Shown here: in pieces, positions 13,451 through 22,959 of the stretch
Layout of the letters: every line of letters starts with the position of its first letter
Position numbering within the stretch: position 1 is the first letter of the stretch
Assembly: GCA_027037575.1 (NCBI GenBank)
Contig: JALVZP010000142.1
Location: 1-30,548, forward strand
Length of the DNA: 30,548 nucleotides
Direction of reading: 5' to 3'
From: Desulfobacterales bacterium
GTDB lineage: Bacteria > Desulfobacterota > DSM-4660 > Desulfatiglandales > JALVZP01
Notes under the pieces: generated by a model
What the model saw: the letters and a program-made list of their open reading frames with translations, nothing else
What the model was told of the DNA's origin: nothing
The model's database searches: none
Position numbers and translations under genes: made by a program

Positions 13451-13970
13451 CTTTATGCCATCTGGAGCACTTCCAGTTCCTGATTCAGATAAGATCATTC
13501 CTATTCTGAACAGTTGCATAGAGGTCTTTAGGAAAAAGTCACTTCCTATATTTGCATCGAGGGACTGGCATCCTCCAAATCATTGTTCATTTAAGGAGAA
13601 TGGAGGAACCTGGCCAAGGCATTGTGTTCAGGGGACAAAGGGAGCGGATTTTGCAGATGGGCTGATCCTTCCAGAGGATGTCATTGTGATCTCAAAGGCA
13701 ACAGATCCTGAAAAGGAGGCATATTCTGCACTAAAGGATACGAATCTATCTGAGATATTGAGGCAGAAGGGGATTAAAAGATGCTTTGTAGGAGGGGTAG
13801 CAACAGAATATTGTGTTTTCAATACCGTGATGGATCTCCTTAGTCTTGGATATGAAGTATATCTGATCTCAGATGCCATAAAGCCTGTTAATTTTGAAGA
13901 TGGAAAGAGGGCAATAGATGAGATGAAGAAGAAAGGAGCAAGGATCATCAATTCTGGAGAGATAGCATGA
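13401..13970 (+). CDS. pncA: Nicotinamidase/pyrazinamidase
   Basis: IVDMQNDF, SRDWHP, WPRHCV, ISKA, GVATEYCV (Asp/Lys/Cys triad). ATG 13401 with SD AAGGAG is preferred over TTG 13362. Confidence 0.9.
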   Translation: MGLRKGDCLIIVDMQNDFMPSGALPVPDSDKIIPILNSCIEVFRKKSLPIFASRDWHPPNHCSFKENGGTWPRHCVQGTKGADFADGLILPEDVIVISKATDPEKEAYSALKDTNLSEILRQKGIKRCFVGGVATEYCVFNTVMDLLSLGYEVYLISDAIKPVNFEDGKRAIDEMKKKGARIINSGEIA

Positions 13971-14515
13971 AGGTGAATAAGAAGGAGATTATATATGAGG
14001 GAAGGGTATTTAAGCTGACAAAAGAGAATATTACATTAAAGAATGGTGTTACAACAGAGCTTGATATAATAAGGCATCCTGGTGCCTCAGCCATTGTCCC
14101 TGCCTATGGATATGATCAGATAATACTGATAAGGCAGTATAGGCATGCCATAGGGGAGTATATATGGGAGATACCTGCTGGAACACTTAACAAAGGTGAG
14201 GATCCATTAGAGTGTGCAAAGAGGGAGCTCCTTGAAGAGACAGGATATAGGGCAAATTTCTGGGAAAAGCTTGGTGTAATTACTCCTGTTCCTGCATACT
14301 CTGATGAAAAGATACATGTATATTTTGCCGCAAACCTTGTAAAGGAAGGTGATCAGGATCTTGACGAAGATGAGGTATTGGATGTGCATAGGTTTAAGGT
14401 AAGGGATGTCATGGAGATGATAAGAAGGGGTGAGATAAAGGACAGCAAAACAATTGCTTCTATCTTTATGGCAACACTCTGGATAAAAAATAAGGTTGAG
14501 GAAGGGAAGAAATGA
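13967..14515 (+). CDS. nudF: NUDIX hydrolase, ADP-ribose pyrophosphatase subfamily
   Basis: Complete Nudix box GTLNKGEDPLECAKRELLEETGY, HPGAS, LIRQYR, WEIPAG, and Pro 15 residues after the box (ADPRase hallmark). Confidence 0.85.
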   Translation: MKVNKKEIIYEGRVFKLTKENITLKNGVTTELDIIRHPGASAIVPAYGYDQIILIRQYRHAIGEYIWEIPAGTLNKGEDPLECAKRELLEETGYRANFWEKLGVITPVPAYSDEKIHVYFAANLVKEGDQDLDEDEVLDVHRFKVRDVMEMIRRGEIKDSKTIASIFMATLWIKNKVEEGKK

Positions 14516-15570
14516 TTCCAGTAAGGGAGATTGTAAAGGGAAGGAAGTATATAAAGGTTTCTGCACCTTGTAGGATAGATGCTGGAGGAACATGGGATAT
14601 AAAGGCTATGGCACTTCCATTTGAGGAGATATCCCCAACCACAGTAAATATTGCACTAAGTCTGAGGACATATGTAAAGATTAGCCCATTTGATGAAAAT
14701 TATATAAAGATATCCTCAAAGGGATTTGAGACAAAGATATTCTCTGTCTCTGAACTTTCCTTTGATCCACCTTATGGTCTATTTCTTGCTGCAGTTTGCC
14801 ACTTTGGCTTTCATGGATTAGAGATAAGCATAAATTCTACTTCTCCTATCCAGTCTGGGCTTGGAGGATCAAGCACAGCTCTTGTTGCCCTTATAAAGGC
14901 ACTTTCAGAGATAAAAAAAGAGATAGATGGAAAGGAACTATCAAAAGAAGAAATACTTTATCTATCCTACCACATAGAGGATGCAATAAGCGGTGGAAGT
15001 TGTGGTGCACAGGATCAGGCTGCTGGTATATATGGAGGGGTAAACAAATGGGTATGGAGATATAGTAAGCCCTATATCTGTGAAAGATTTTCTCTCTTGG
15101 ATGAACCTTCTCAAAAAAGGCTTTCTGAAAGGATCCTTGTCCTATACACGGGGAAAAGGCATCTCTCGGCAGATACAAATAAGGGATGGATAAGGGACTT
15201 CCTTTCAGGAAAGACGCAAAAGGGATGGATAGAGGTAAATGAAATCATCCACAGGTTTGCAGATGCAATAAAGGAGATGGATATAGGAAAGGCAGTTGAG
15301 CTATTAAATAAGGAGATGGAGATAAGAAGAGAGATTACTCCAGATGCATTTACTCCTATCACAGAGAAGCTGATTAATCAGGCAAAAGAGATGGGATGTG
15401 CAGCAAGATTTGCTGGGGCTGGTGCTGGTGGAAGCGTGTGGGCAATAGGAGAAAGGGAGAATATAGAAAGGCTTGGCTATAGTTGGCAGAGGGCTATATC
15501 AGAGATAGAGGATGCAAGGATATTGGAATGCACAATAGATCCAGAAGGCCTGATCGTCTATGAGGCTTGA
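14512..15570 (+). CDS. GHMP-family sugar kinase, HddA (heptose-7-phosphate 1-kinase)-like
   Basis: SAPCRIDAGGTWD, PIQSGLGGSS, GAQDQAAGIYGG, GAGAGG. ATGA overlap with nudF. Confidence 0.8.
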   Translation: MIPVREIVKGRKYIKVSAPCRIDAGGTWDIKAMALPFEEISPTTVNIALSLRTYVKISPFDENYIKISSKGFETKIFSVSELSFDPPYGLFLAAVCHFGFHGLEISINSTSPIQSGLGGSSTALVALIKALSEIKKEIDGKELSKEEILYLSYHIEDAISGGSCGAQDQAAGIYGGVNKWVWRYSKPYICERFSLLDEPSQKRLSERILVLYTGKRHLSADTNKGWIRDFLSGKTQKGWIEVNEIIHRFADAIKEMDIGKAVELLNKEMEIRREITPDAFTPITEKLINQAKEMGCAARFAGAGAGGSVWAIGERENIERLGYSWQRAISEIEDARILECTIDPEGLIVYEA

Positions 15571-15571
15571 T

Positions 15572-15601
15572 TTTGCCCTTGGGTAGTGATATATGGGCAA
15601 A
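15572..15601. repeat. Inverted repeat TTTGCCC-N16-GGGCAAA (hairpin or operator)
   Basis: Perfect 7-bp arms at 15572-15578 and 15595-15601, directly after the kinase TGA. Confidence 0.55.
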
Positions 15602-15633
15602 TAAAGATCATATGCTCAAAAAGGAGGAGGAAG

Positions 15634-16467
15634 ATGGAAGAGAAGAAGGATCCAAGGAAGATCCAGGAAGAGGAGATAAGGAAGAAGCTCAGCAGCATAA
15701 AGCACAAGATAATGGTTATGAGTGGAAAAGGAGGAGTTGGAAAAAGTAGCATTGCTGCCTACCTGGCAGTCCTTCTGTCCAAGAAAGGATATAAGGTCGG
15801 CCTAATGGATATAGATCTTCATGGACCGAGCATTCCAAGGATATTAGGTCTTAAAAGCGGGATCATGCCTGCACCTGTTCCTGGAAAGGCATTTCCTGCA
15901 AGGCTTTCTGACAACTTAGAGGTGATCTCCATAGAGGTGCTTATGGGTGAAGATAAGGATATTGCAACTATATGGAGAGGACCAATAAAGATAGGGGTTA
16001 TAAGGCAGTTTATCGCCGATATTGAATGGTCAAATCCAGATTTTCTCATAATCGACTCTCCTCCTGGAACAGGTGATGAACCCCTAACAATTGCACAGAC
16101 TATATCAGATTCAAAGGCAATAATAGTAACCACTCCTCAGGAGATCTCCCTTGCAGATGTAAGAAAGTCCATAAACTTCTGCCAGAAGGTAAATATGGAG
16201 ATACTTGGAATAATAGAGAATATGAGTGGATTTGTATGTCCTCACTGTGGAAAGGAGATAGATCTCTTTAAGAAGAGAGGTGGAGAAGAGGTTGCAAGGG
16301 CAAAGGGATTGAGATTTCTTGGAAGGATTCCTCTTGATCCAAAGGCTGTAGAGGCGGCTGACAATGGAGATATCTCTTTCTTAGATGACGATAGCCTTCC
16401 TTTTACAAGGGCAATAAAGGAGATTACAGATAGGGTAGAAGAGCTCTGTATGAAAAAGCAGGCTTGA
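15634..16467 (+). CDS. apbC: Mrp/NBP35 (ApbC) Fe-S cluster carrier ATPase
   Basis: SGKGGVGKS, DIDLHGPS, DSPPGTGD, VTTPQ, ENMS..CPHC. ATG 15634 follows SD AGGAGG. Confidence 0.95.
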   Translation: MEEKKDPRKIQEEEIRKKLSSIKHKIMVMSGKGGVGKSSIAAYLAVLLSKKGYKVGLMDIDLHGPSIPRILGLKSGIMPAPVPGKAFPARLSDNLEVISIEVLMGEDKDIATIWRGPIKIGVIRQFIADIEWSNPDFLIIDSPPGTGDEPLTIAQTISDSKAIIVTTPQEISLADVRKSINFCQKVNMEILGIIENMSGFVCPHCGKEIDLFKKRGGEEVARAKGLRFLGRIPLDPKAVEAADNGDISFLDDDSLPFTRAIKEITDRVEELCMKKQA

Positions 16468-16491
16468 TAAAACATAAAAATCCTCTATAAT
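16464..16491 (+). promoter_or_regulatory. Putative sigma70 promoter of thiC
   Basis: TTGATA(16464-16469)-N16-TATAAT(16486-16491), about 30 nt upstream of the thiC ATG. Confidence 0.6.
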
Positions 16492-16521
16492 TTCTTTGAA
16501 ATCCAATAAAAAGAGGATCTT

Positions 16522-17811
16522 ATGACCCAGATAGAAGAGGCAAAAAAGGGTATTGTCACTCCAGAGATAAAGAAGGTTGCAGAAAAAGAAGATATACCTG
16601 TAGATATTCTTTTGGAGAAGGTTGCAGAAGGCAGGGTTGTTATTCCATTTAACAAGAGGCATAAGGGATGCGAACCCTGTGGTATTGGAGAAGGACTTAC
16701 TGTAAAGATAAATGCAAACATAGGAGCATCCTCTGATAGGGCAATCTTAGAAGAGGAACTTGAGAAGCTAAGGGCTGCAATAAAAGCAGGTGCTGATACG
16801 GTGATGGATCTTTCTACTGGAGGGAATCTGGACGAATTTAGAAGAGCTATACTTAGAGAATCCAATGTTCCTGTTGGAACCGTCCCCATATATCAGGCAG
16901 CAATAGAGGTTGCAGAAAAGAAGGGAGGAATTATCTATCTTACAGTAGATGAGATATTTGAGGTGATAGAAAGGCAGGCAGAAGATGGTGTAGATTTTAT
17001 GACAGTCCACTGTGGCCTTACATTAAAAGGACTTGAACTGCTTAAGGATCAAGGAAGGATAACTGACATAGTAAGCCGAGGAGGATCATTTCTTACCACA
17101 TGGATGCTATATCATGAAAAGGAAAACCCTCTATATGAACACTATGATAGGCTTTTGGAGATAGCAAAAAAGTATGATGTAACCCTTAGTCTTGGAGACG
17201 GATTGAGGCCAGGATCCATCCTGGATGCAACAGATAGGGCACAGATACATGAGCTTATAATACTTGGGGATCTTGTAAGAAGGGCAAGGGAATATGGTGT
17301 TCAGGCAATGGTAGAAGGGCCAGGACATGTTCCTTTAAATCAGGTAGAGGTAAATATAAAGCTACAGAAAAGCCTTTGTGAAGGAGCACCATTTTACGTG
17401 CTTGGCCCCCTTGTTACAGATATTGCTGCTGGATATGATCATATTGCTGCAGCAATTGGTGGTGCAATAGCAGGTGCAAGTGGTGCTGATTTCCTTTGCT
17501 ATGTTACTCCTTCAGAGCATCTCTGCCTTCCAGGTGTAGAGGATGTAAAAGAAGGGGTTATTGCAGCAAAGATTGCTGCACATGCTGCAGATATAGCAAG
17601 GGGGAATAAGAGGGCAATTGAAAGGGATAAGAAGATTTCCTTGGCGAGAAAGAATCTGGATTGGGAAACCCAGATAAGGCTTTCTGTCGATCCTGAAAAG
17701 GCAAAGATGTATAGGGAGAAATTCCCTCCATCTGAAGAAGAGGTATGTACAATGTGTGGAAAGTATTGTGCAATAAAGCAGGTAAAAGAATTCTTTGGAG
17801 GGAAGAAGTGA
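16522..17811 (+). CDS. thiC: Phosphomethylpyrimidine (HMP-P) synthase, short form
   Basis: KINANIG, DTVMDLS, HCG, SRGGS, SLGDGLRPG, EGPGH, GYDH, YVTPSEHL, C-terminal CTMCGKYC Fe-S motif. Confidence 0.93.
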   Translation: MTQIEEAKKGIVTPEIKKVAEKEDIPVDILLEKVAEGRVVIPFNKRHKGCEPCGIGEGLTVKINANIGASSDRAILEEELEKLRAAIKAGADTVMDLSTGGNLDEFRRAILRESNVPVGTVPIYQAAIEVAEKKGGIIYLTVDEIFEVIERQAEDGVDFMTVHCGLTLKGLELLKDQGRITDIVSRGGSFLTTWMLYHEKENPLYEHYDRLLEIAKKYDVTLSLGDGLRPGSILDATDRAQIHELIILGDLVRRAREYGVQAMVEGPGHVPLNQVEVNIKLQKSLCEGAPFYVLGPLVTDIAAGYDHIAAAIGGAIAGASGADFLCYVTPSEHLCLPGVEDVKEGVIAAKIAAHAADIARGNKRAIERDKKISLARKNLDWETQIRLSVDPEKAKMYREKFPPSEEEVCTMCGKYCAIKQVKEFFGGKK

Positions 17812-18323
17812 AGGGAAAGATTTTTTTACTCACCTTAATCCTTATCTTTTTTGCCTTTAATTCCTATGCATTGGAGCTTAAAAGCCCTGCCTTTAAACAG
17901 GGAGGAAGGATACCTGAAAGATATACCTGCGATGGAGATGACATATCTCCTCCCTTAAAGTGGGATAATGTTCCTAAGGGAACAAAGAGCTTTGTAATCA
18001 TATGTGATGATCCAGATGCACCTATGGGAACATGGGTTCATTGGGTATACTATGATATTCCAGCTACAATAAATGAGCTTCCAGAAAATATCCTTCCAGA
18101 AGAGAATCCTTCCATAGGAGGGACACAGGGGATAAATGACTTTAAGAAGATAGGATATGGTGGGCCTTGCCCTCCAGGGGGAACACATAGATACTTCTTC
18201 AAGCTATATGCATTAGATGATATGCTCAATCTTCCTGCAGGTCTTACAAAGCATCAGGTCTTACAAAGGATGGAAGGTCATATAATAGATAAGGCTATAC
18301 TTGTTGGTATATATTCACGTTAG
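17808..18323 (+). CDS. YbhB/YbcL family (PEBP, Raf kinase inhibitor-like) exported protein
   Basis: DPDAP, HWV, GYGGPCPP, HRYFFKLYAL. GTG 17808 overlaps the thiC TGA, has SD GGAGGG, and begins a signal peptide. Confidence 0.92.
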   Translation: MKGKIFLLTLILIFFAFNSYALELKSPAFKQGGRIPERYTCDGDDISPPLKWDNVPKGTKSFVIICDDPDAPMGTWVHWVYYDIPATINELPENILPEENPSIGGTQGINDFKKIGYGGPCPPGGTHRYFFKLYALDDMLNLPAGLTKHQVLQRMEGHIIDKAILVGIYSR

Positions 18324-19728
18324 CCTCAAAGCAATATTTACTGAATCTATCTTTTAACTCTTCAGGAAGTGGGATAGGATACTGTCCTGTAAAGCATGCA
18401 AGGCAGAGTTTATCTTCAGGTATCTTTGTTGCCTCTACAAGGCTCTCCTTTGATAAATATCCAAGACTATCTAATCCAAGAAATTCTCTAATTTCTTCAA
18501 TACTCTTTTTTGCAGCAATAAGCTCTCCTTTTGTAGAAAAGTCAATTCCATACACACATGGGAATTTATGGGGAGGACAGCTTACTAACATATGAACCTC
18601 TTTAGCCCCAACCCTTCTGAGTGTCTTTACCCTGAGCCTTGCAGTAGTTCCTCTTATAATAGAATCCTCCACTATTATTACCCTCTTTCCAGAGATAAGC
18701 TCCTTCACTGGATTCAGTTTTACCTTTACACCAAAGTCCCTCATGCTCTGAGATGGCTGAATAAATGTCCTTCCTACATAGTGATTCCTGATCATTCCCA
18801 TCTCAAAAGGTATTCCTGATGCCTGTGCATATCCTATTGCAGCGTAATTTCCAGAGTCAGGAAATGGCATAACAAAGTCTGCATCAATTGGATATTCCTT
18901 TGCCAGCAGCATCCCCTGTCTCTTTCTAAAAAGATAGACATTTTCTCCAAAAACAACGCTATCAGGTCGTGCAAAGTATATCAGTTCAAATATACACTGG
19001 CTTACTATAGAATCTATTCCAGATGGAATGCTTCTTACGCCATTTTTATCAATTATCAGTATCTCTCCAGGCATGATATCCCTGATATATTCTGCATCTA
19101 CCAGATCTAATGCACATGTTTCAGATGCAATCACATATGAATCTGGCCATATCCTTCCAAAACAAAGCGGTCTGAATCCATTTGGATCCCTTACTGCAAT
19201 AATGGAATCCTCTGTCATTATTACAATGGAGTATGCACCTTTTATCTTCTTCATTGTGCTTATTATTGCCTCTTCCAATCCCTTCCTGAGCTCCTTTGCA
19301 ATGAGATGAAGTATTATCTCACTATCCATAGTAGTCTGAAATATGGAACCTTTTTTTTCAAGCTCCTCCCTGAGTCCTATTGCATTGACCAGATTTCCAT
19401 TATGGGCAATTGCAAAGAATTTTCCTGCATATTGGATCCTGAATGGCTGTGCATTAGAGATAAGAGAAGAGCCTGTTGTAGAATATCTTACATGACCTAA
19501 GGCAATATGACCTTTTAGCTTATTTAGGATCTCTTCATTAAATACATCATGGACAAGGCCCATTGCCTTGTATTCAGATATAATTTTCCCGTCAGAGCTG
19601 ATTATACCAGCACTCTCCTGTCCCCTATGCTGAAGTGCATAGAGGCCAAAATATGTCAGCTTTGCTGCATCTGGATGATTATAGACCGCAAATATACCGC
19701 ATTTTTCCCTTGGATATGCTAAAACCAT
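18295..19728 (-). CDS. purF: Amidophosphoribosyltransferase, [4Fe-4S] type with propeptide
   Basis: Propeptide then [28 protein letters not shown]; Fe-S cysteines in QCIFE, FPCVYG and CLAC. Confidence 0.98.
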   Translation of the reverse strand: MVLAYPREKCGIFAVYNHPDAAKLTYFGLYALQHRGQESAGIISSDGKIISEYKAMGLVHDVFNEEILNKLKGHIALGHVRYSTTGSSLISNAQPFRIQYAGKFFAIAHNGNLVNAIGLREELEKKGSIFQTTMDSEIILHLIAKELRKGLEEAIISTMKKIKGAYSIVIMTEDSIIAVRDPNGFRPLCFGRIWPDSYVIASETCALDLVDAEYIRDIMPGEILIIDKNGVRSIPSGIDSIVSQCIFELIYFARPDSVVFGENVYLFRKRQGMLLAKEYPIDADFVMPFPDSGNYAAIGYAQASGIPFEMGMIRNHYVGRTFIQPSQSMRDFGVKVKLNPVKELISGKRVIIVEDSIIRGTTARLRVKTLRRVGAKEVHMLVSCPPHKFPCVYGIDFSTKGELIAAKKSIEEIREFLGLDSLGYLSKESLVEATKIPEDKLCLACFTGQYPIPLPEELKDRFSKYCFEANVNIYQQV

Positions 19729-22700
19729 ATCTCTCTGCTATGTCTCTATGATATTCCTGGAGGCTCTTTACTGTTAATCCCTTGCTCCTCATTGCTTTTA
19801 TAGCCTTTGCCGTTGCTCTTGCTCCAGCAATTGTAGTTGTATAAGGAACCTTAAATGCAACTGCTGCCCTTCTTATATAGAACGCATCTGTGATTGCCCT
19901 CTTTGTTCCTGTTGTGTTTATTACAAGGTCTATCTCACCATTCTTTATCATATCTATAATATTAGGCCTTCCTTCATTTAGCTTATTTACCTTTTCATTT
20001 GGAATGCCATGTTTTTTCAAAAATGAGGATGTCCCTTCTGTTGCAACAATCCTGAATCCCATATCATAGAAGGCCTTTGCAATATCTACAGATGCCATCT
20101 TATCCCTGTCACTTATGCTCATAAATACTGTTCCTTTTAATGGAAGGCTTTGTCCTGCTGCAAGCTGGGATTTTGCAAATGCAAGCTCAAAATCTTTATC
20201 TATCCCCATTACTTCTCCTGTAGATCTCATCTCTGGTCCTAAGACTATCTCTACCTCTGGAAACCTATCAAATGGAAATACTGATTCTTTTACACACACA
20301 TGTGGTGGAATCACCTCTTTTGTAAGACCAAGGGATTTAAGACTATATCCCATCATTACCTTTGTGGCAAGTCTTGCTAATGGAATTCCAGTAGATTTAC
20401 TTACAAATGGGATTGTCCTTGAAGCCCTTGGATTTACTTCCAATACATAGACAATATTGTCTTTTACTGCAAGCTGGATATTCATGAGGCCAACCACATT
20501 CAGCTCCCTTGCTATTGCCTTTGTCTGCTCCTTTATCTCCTCTATTATCTCTTTCTTCAGAGATATTGGAGGAAGGGCACATGCACTGTCTCCACTGTGG
20601 ACCCCTGCCTCCTCAATATGCTCCATTATCCCGCCAATAACCGTTATCTCTCCATCAGATATGGCATCCACATCTATTTCTGTTGCATCCTCCAAGAATT
20701 TGTCTATTAAGACAGGCTTTCCAGGAGAAACCTCTACTGCACTCTTTATATACTGCTCTAAGTCATTCCTATCATATACGATCTCCATTGCCCTTCCACC
20801 CAGGACAAAGGATGGTCTGACAAGGACAGGATATCCTATCTTTTCTGCTATTTCTATTGCCTCTTGCTCATTTGTCGCGATACCATTTTTTGGCTGAAGT
20901 AGTCCCAATTTGTTTAAAAGCTGTTGAAATCTCTTTCTATCCTCTGCCCTGTCTATGCTATCAGGACTTGTTCCAAGTATATTTACGCCTGCCTCTTCAA
21001 GTGGAACAGCTATGTTTAGTGGAGTCTGTCCACCAAATTGCACAATTACTCCCATTGCACCTTCTTGTTCTACAATGTTCAATACATCCTCTGTTGTTAT
21101 TGGCTCAAAATATAGCTTATCTGATGTATCATAGTCTGTGCTGACAGTTTCTGGATTACTATTTACCATTATGCTTTCAATACCAAGCTCCTTTAGTGCA
21201 AAGGATGCCTGAACACAGCAATAGTCAAATTCTATTCCCTGACCTATCCTGTTTGGTCCTGCACCTAAGATAACAACCTTCCTTTTATCTGACCTCCTTA
21301 TTTCATTTTCTGCCTCATATGTAGAATAGTAGTATGGGGTGTATGCCTTAAACTCTGCTGCACATGTATCTACAAGCTTATATACAGGCCTTACACCCTT
21401 TGATTCCCTTATCCTTCTTACATCAAGCTCCTTCAATCCAAATATGTCTGCCAGGTATTTATCAGAGAATCCGTATGACTTTACTTTATGGAAGAATTCC
21501 CTGTCCCACATATCTGGCATCTTTCTTTCTTTTGCAAGCCTCCTAATCTCTTCCTCAAACTTGTATATCTGATAGATGTGATAGAGGAACCAAGGATCTA
21601 TGTGCGTAAGCTTATATATCTCATCTATGGAGAATCCCTTCTTAAATGCCTGGTATATGTAGAACAGTCTCTTGGAATTTGGATTTATCAGTCCACTTCT
21701 TATCTCATCAATCCCCATCTCCTCTTCAGATCCAAGGCCAAATCTATTTATCTCCAAGGACCTTATCGCCTTTTGAAGCGCCTCCTTAAATGTCCTTCCA
21801 ATAGCCATCGTCTCACCAACGGACTTCATGGATGTTCCTATGATGTCCTTTGCACCATGAAACTTCTCAAATGCCCATCTTGGAATCTTTACAACACAAT
21901 AGTCTATTGTTGGCTCAAATGATGCCCTTGTCTCCTTGGTTATATCATTCGGAAGCTCATCTAAGGAGTATCCAACAGCAAGCTTTGCAGCAATCTTTGC
22001 AATAGGAAAACCTGTTGCCTTAGATGCAAGTGCAGAGCTTCTGGAAACCCTTGGATTCATCTCTATTACCATCATTTCTCCATTTTCAGGATTTACTGCA
22101 AACTGGATATTAGATCCTCCTGTCTCAACACCTATCTCCCTTATAACAGCAATTGCAGCATCCCTCATCCTCTGATATTCCTTATCAGTAAGTGTCTGTG
22201 CAGGTGCAACAGTGATGCTATCTCCCGTATGAATTCCCATTGGATCAAAGTTTTCAATAGAGCAGATTATAACCACATTGTCTTTATAATCACGCATTAC
22301 CTCAAGCTCATATTCCTTCCATCCAATTAAGGACTCCTCTATCAGGATCTCTGAAATAAGGCTTGCATCAAGACCTGCCTTTGCAACTATCTCAAGCTCT
22401 TCCCTGTTATAGACAACGCCACTTCCTGTTCCACCAAGTGTAAAGCTTGGCCTAATTATTAGAGGATATCCTATCTCTTCTGCTGCCTTTCTTGCCTCCT
22501 CCATACTTCTTGCAATTCTGCTTTTTGGAACCCTAAGCCCTATCCTTTCCATTGCTGCCCTAAATTCTTCCCTATCCTCTGCCTTTCGTATCACAGAAAC
22601 AGATGCACCAATCATCTCCACATTTAGCTCATCAAGTATTCCTGTTTCAGCAACCTTAACAGCAGTGTTAAGTCCTGTTTGTCCACCAAGTGTTGGAAGA

Positions 22701-22957
22701 AGGGCATCTGGCCTTTCTCTTTCTATTACCTTTATTGTGAACTCTGGAGTAATTGGTTCAATATATGTATGATGAGCCATCTCTGGATCTGTCATTATGG
22801 TTGCAGGATTACTATTTATAAGAACCACTTCATATCCTTCTTCCCTCAATGCCTTACATGCCTGTGTTCCAGAATAGTCAAATTCACATGCCTGACCTAT
22901 CACTATTGGACCTGATCCTATTATTAGTATCTTCTTTAAATCTGTTCTCTTTGGCAT
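19679..22957 (-). CDS. carB: Carbamoyl-phosphate synthase large chain
   Basis: [45 protein letters not shown]-terminal MGS domain. Confidence 0.99.
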   Translation of the reverse strand: MPKRTDLKKILIIGSGPIVIGQACEFDYSGTQACKALREEGYEVVLINSNPATIMTDPEMAHHTYIEPITPEFTIKVIERERPDALLPTLGGQTGLNTAVKVAETGILDELNVEMIGASVSVIRKAEDREEFRAAMERIGLRVPKSRIARSMEEARKAAEEIGYPLIIRPSFTLGGTGSGVVYNREELEIVAKAGLDASLISEILIEESLIGWKEYELEVMRDYKDNVVIICSIENFDPMGIHTGDSITVAPAQTLTDKEYQRMRDAAIAVIREIGVETGGSNIQFAVNPENGEMMVIEMNPRVSRSSALASKATGFPIAKIAAKLAVGYSLDELPNDITKETRASFEPTIDYCVVKIPRWAFEKFHGAKDIIGTSMKSVGETMAIGRTFKEALQKAIRSLEINRFGLGSEEEMGIDEIRSGLINPNSKRLFYIYQAFKKGFSIDEIYKLTHIDPWFLYHIYQIYKFEEEIRRLAKERKMPDMWDREFFHKVKSYGFSDKYLADIFGLKELDVRRIRESKGVRPVYKLVDTCAAEFKAYTPYYYSTYEAENEIRRSDKRKVVILGAGPNRIGQGIEFDYCCVQASFALKELGIESIMVNSNPETVSTDYDTSDKLYFEPITTEDVLNIVEQEGAMGVIVQFGGQTPLNIAVPLEEAGVNILGTSPDSIDRAEDRKRFQQLLNKLGLLQPKNGIATNEQEAIEIAEKIGYPVLVRPSFVLGGRAMEIVYDRNDLEQYIKSAVEVSPGKPVLIDKFLEDATEIDVDAISDGEITVIGGIMEHIEEAGVHSGDSACALPPISLKKEIIEEIKEQTKAIARELNVVGLMNIQLAVKDNIVYVLEVNPRASRTIPFVSKSTGIPLARLATKVMMGYSLKSLGLTKEVIPPHVCVKESVFPFDRFPEVEIVLGPEMRSTGEVMGIDKDFELAFAKSQLAAGQSLPLKGTVFMSISDRDKMASVDIAKAFYDMGFRIVATEGTSSFLKKHGIPNEKVNKLNEGRPNIIDMIKNGEIDLVINTTGTKRAITDAFYIRRAAVAFKVPYTTTIAGARATAKAIKAMRSKGLTVKSLQEYHRDIAERYGFSISKGKMRYICGL

Positions 22958-22959
22958 GG

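Noticed and set aside
16522-17811. Possible BzaF/BzaAB (benzimidazole synthase) identity for the ThiC homolog
   Set aside because: The motifs (SLGDGLRPG, SRGGS) look like ordinary short ThiC, and there are no cobalamin genes or riboswitch nearby. A phylogeny would be needed to exclude it fully.
11517-17811. Other TGA stops as possible Sec codons (lolA, waaA, pncA, nudF, mrp, thiC)
   Set aside because: Four are ATGA/GTGA coupling overlaps, the mrp TGA is followed by TAA, and the waaA TGA lies inside pncA. All six proteins are already full length.
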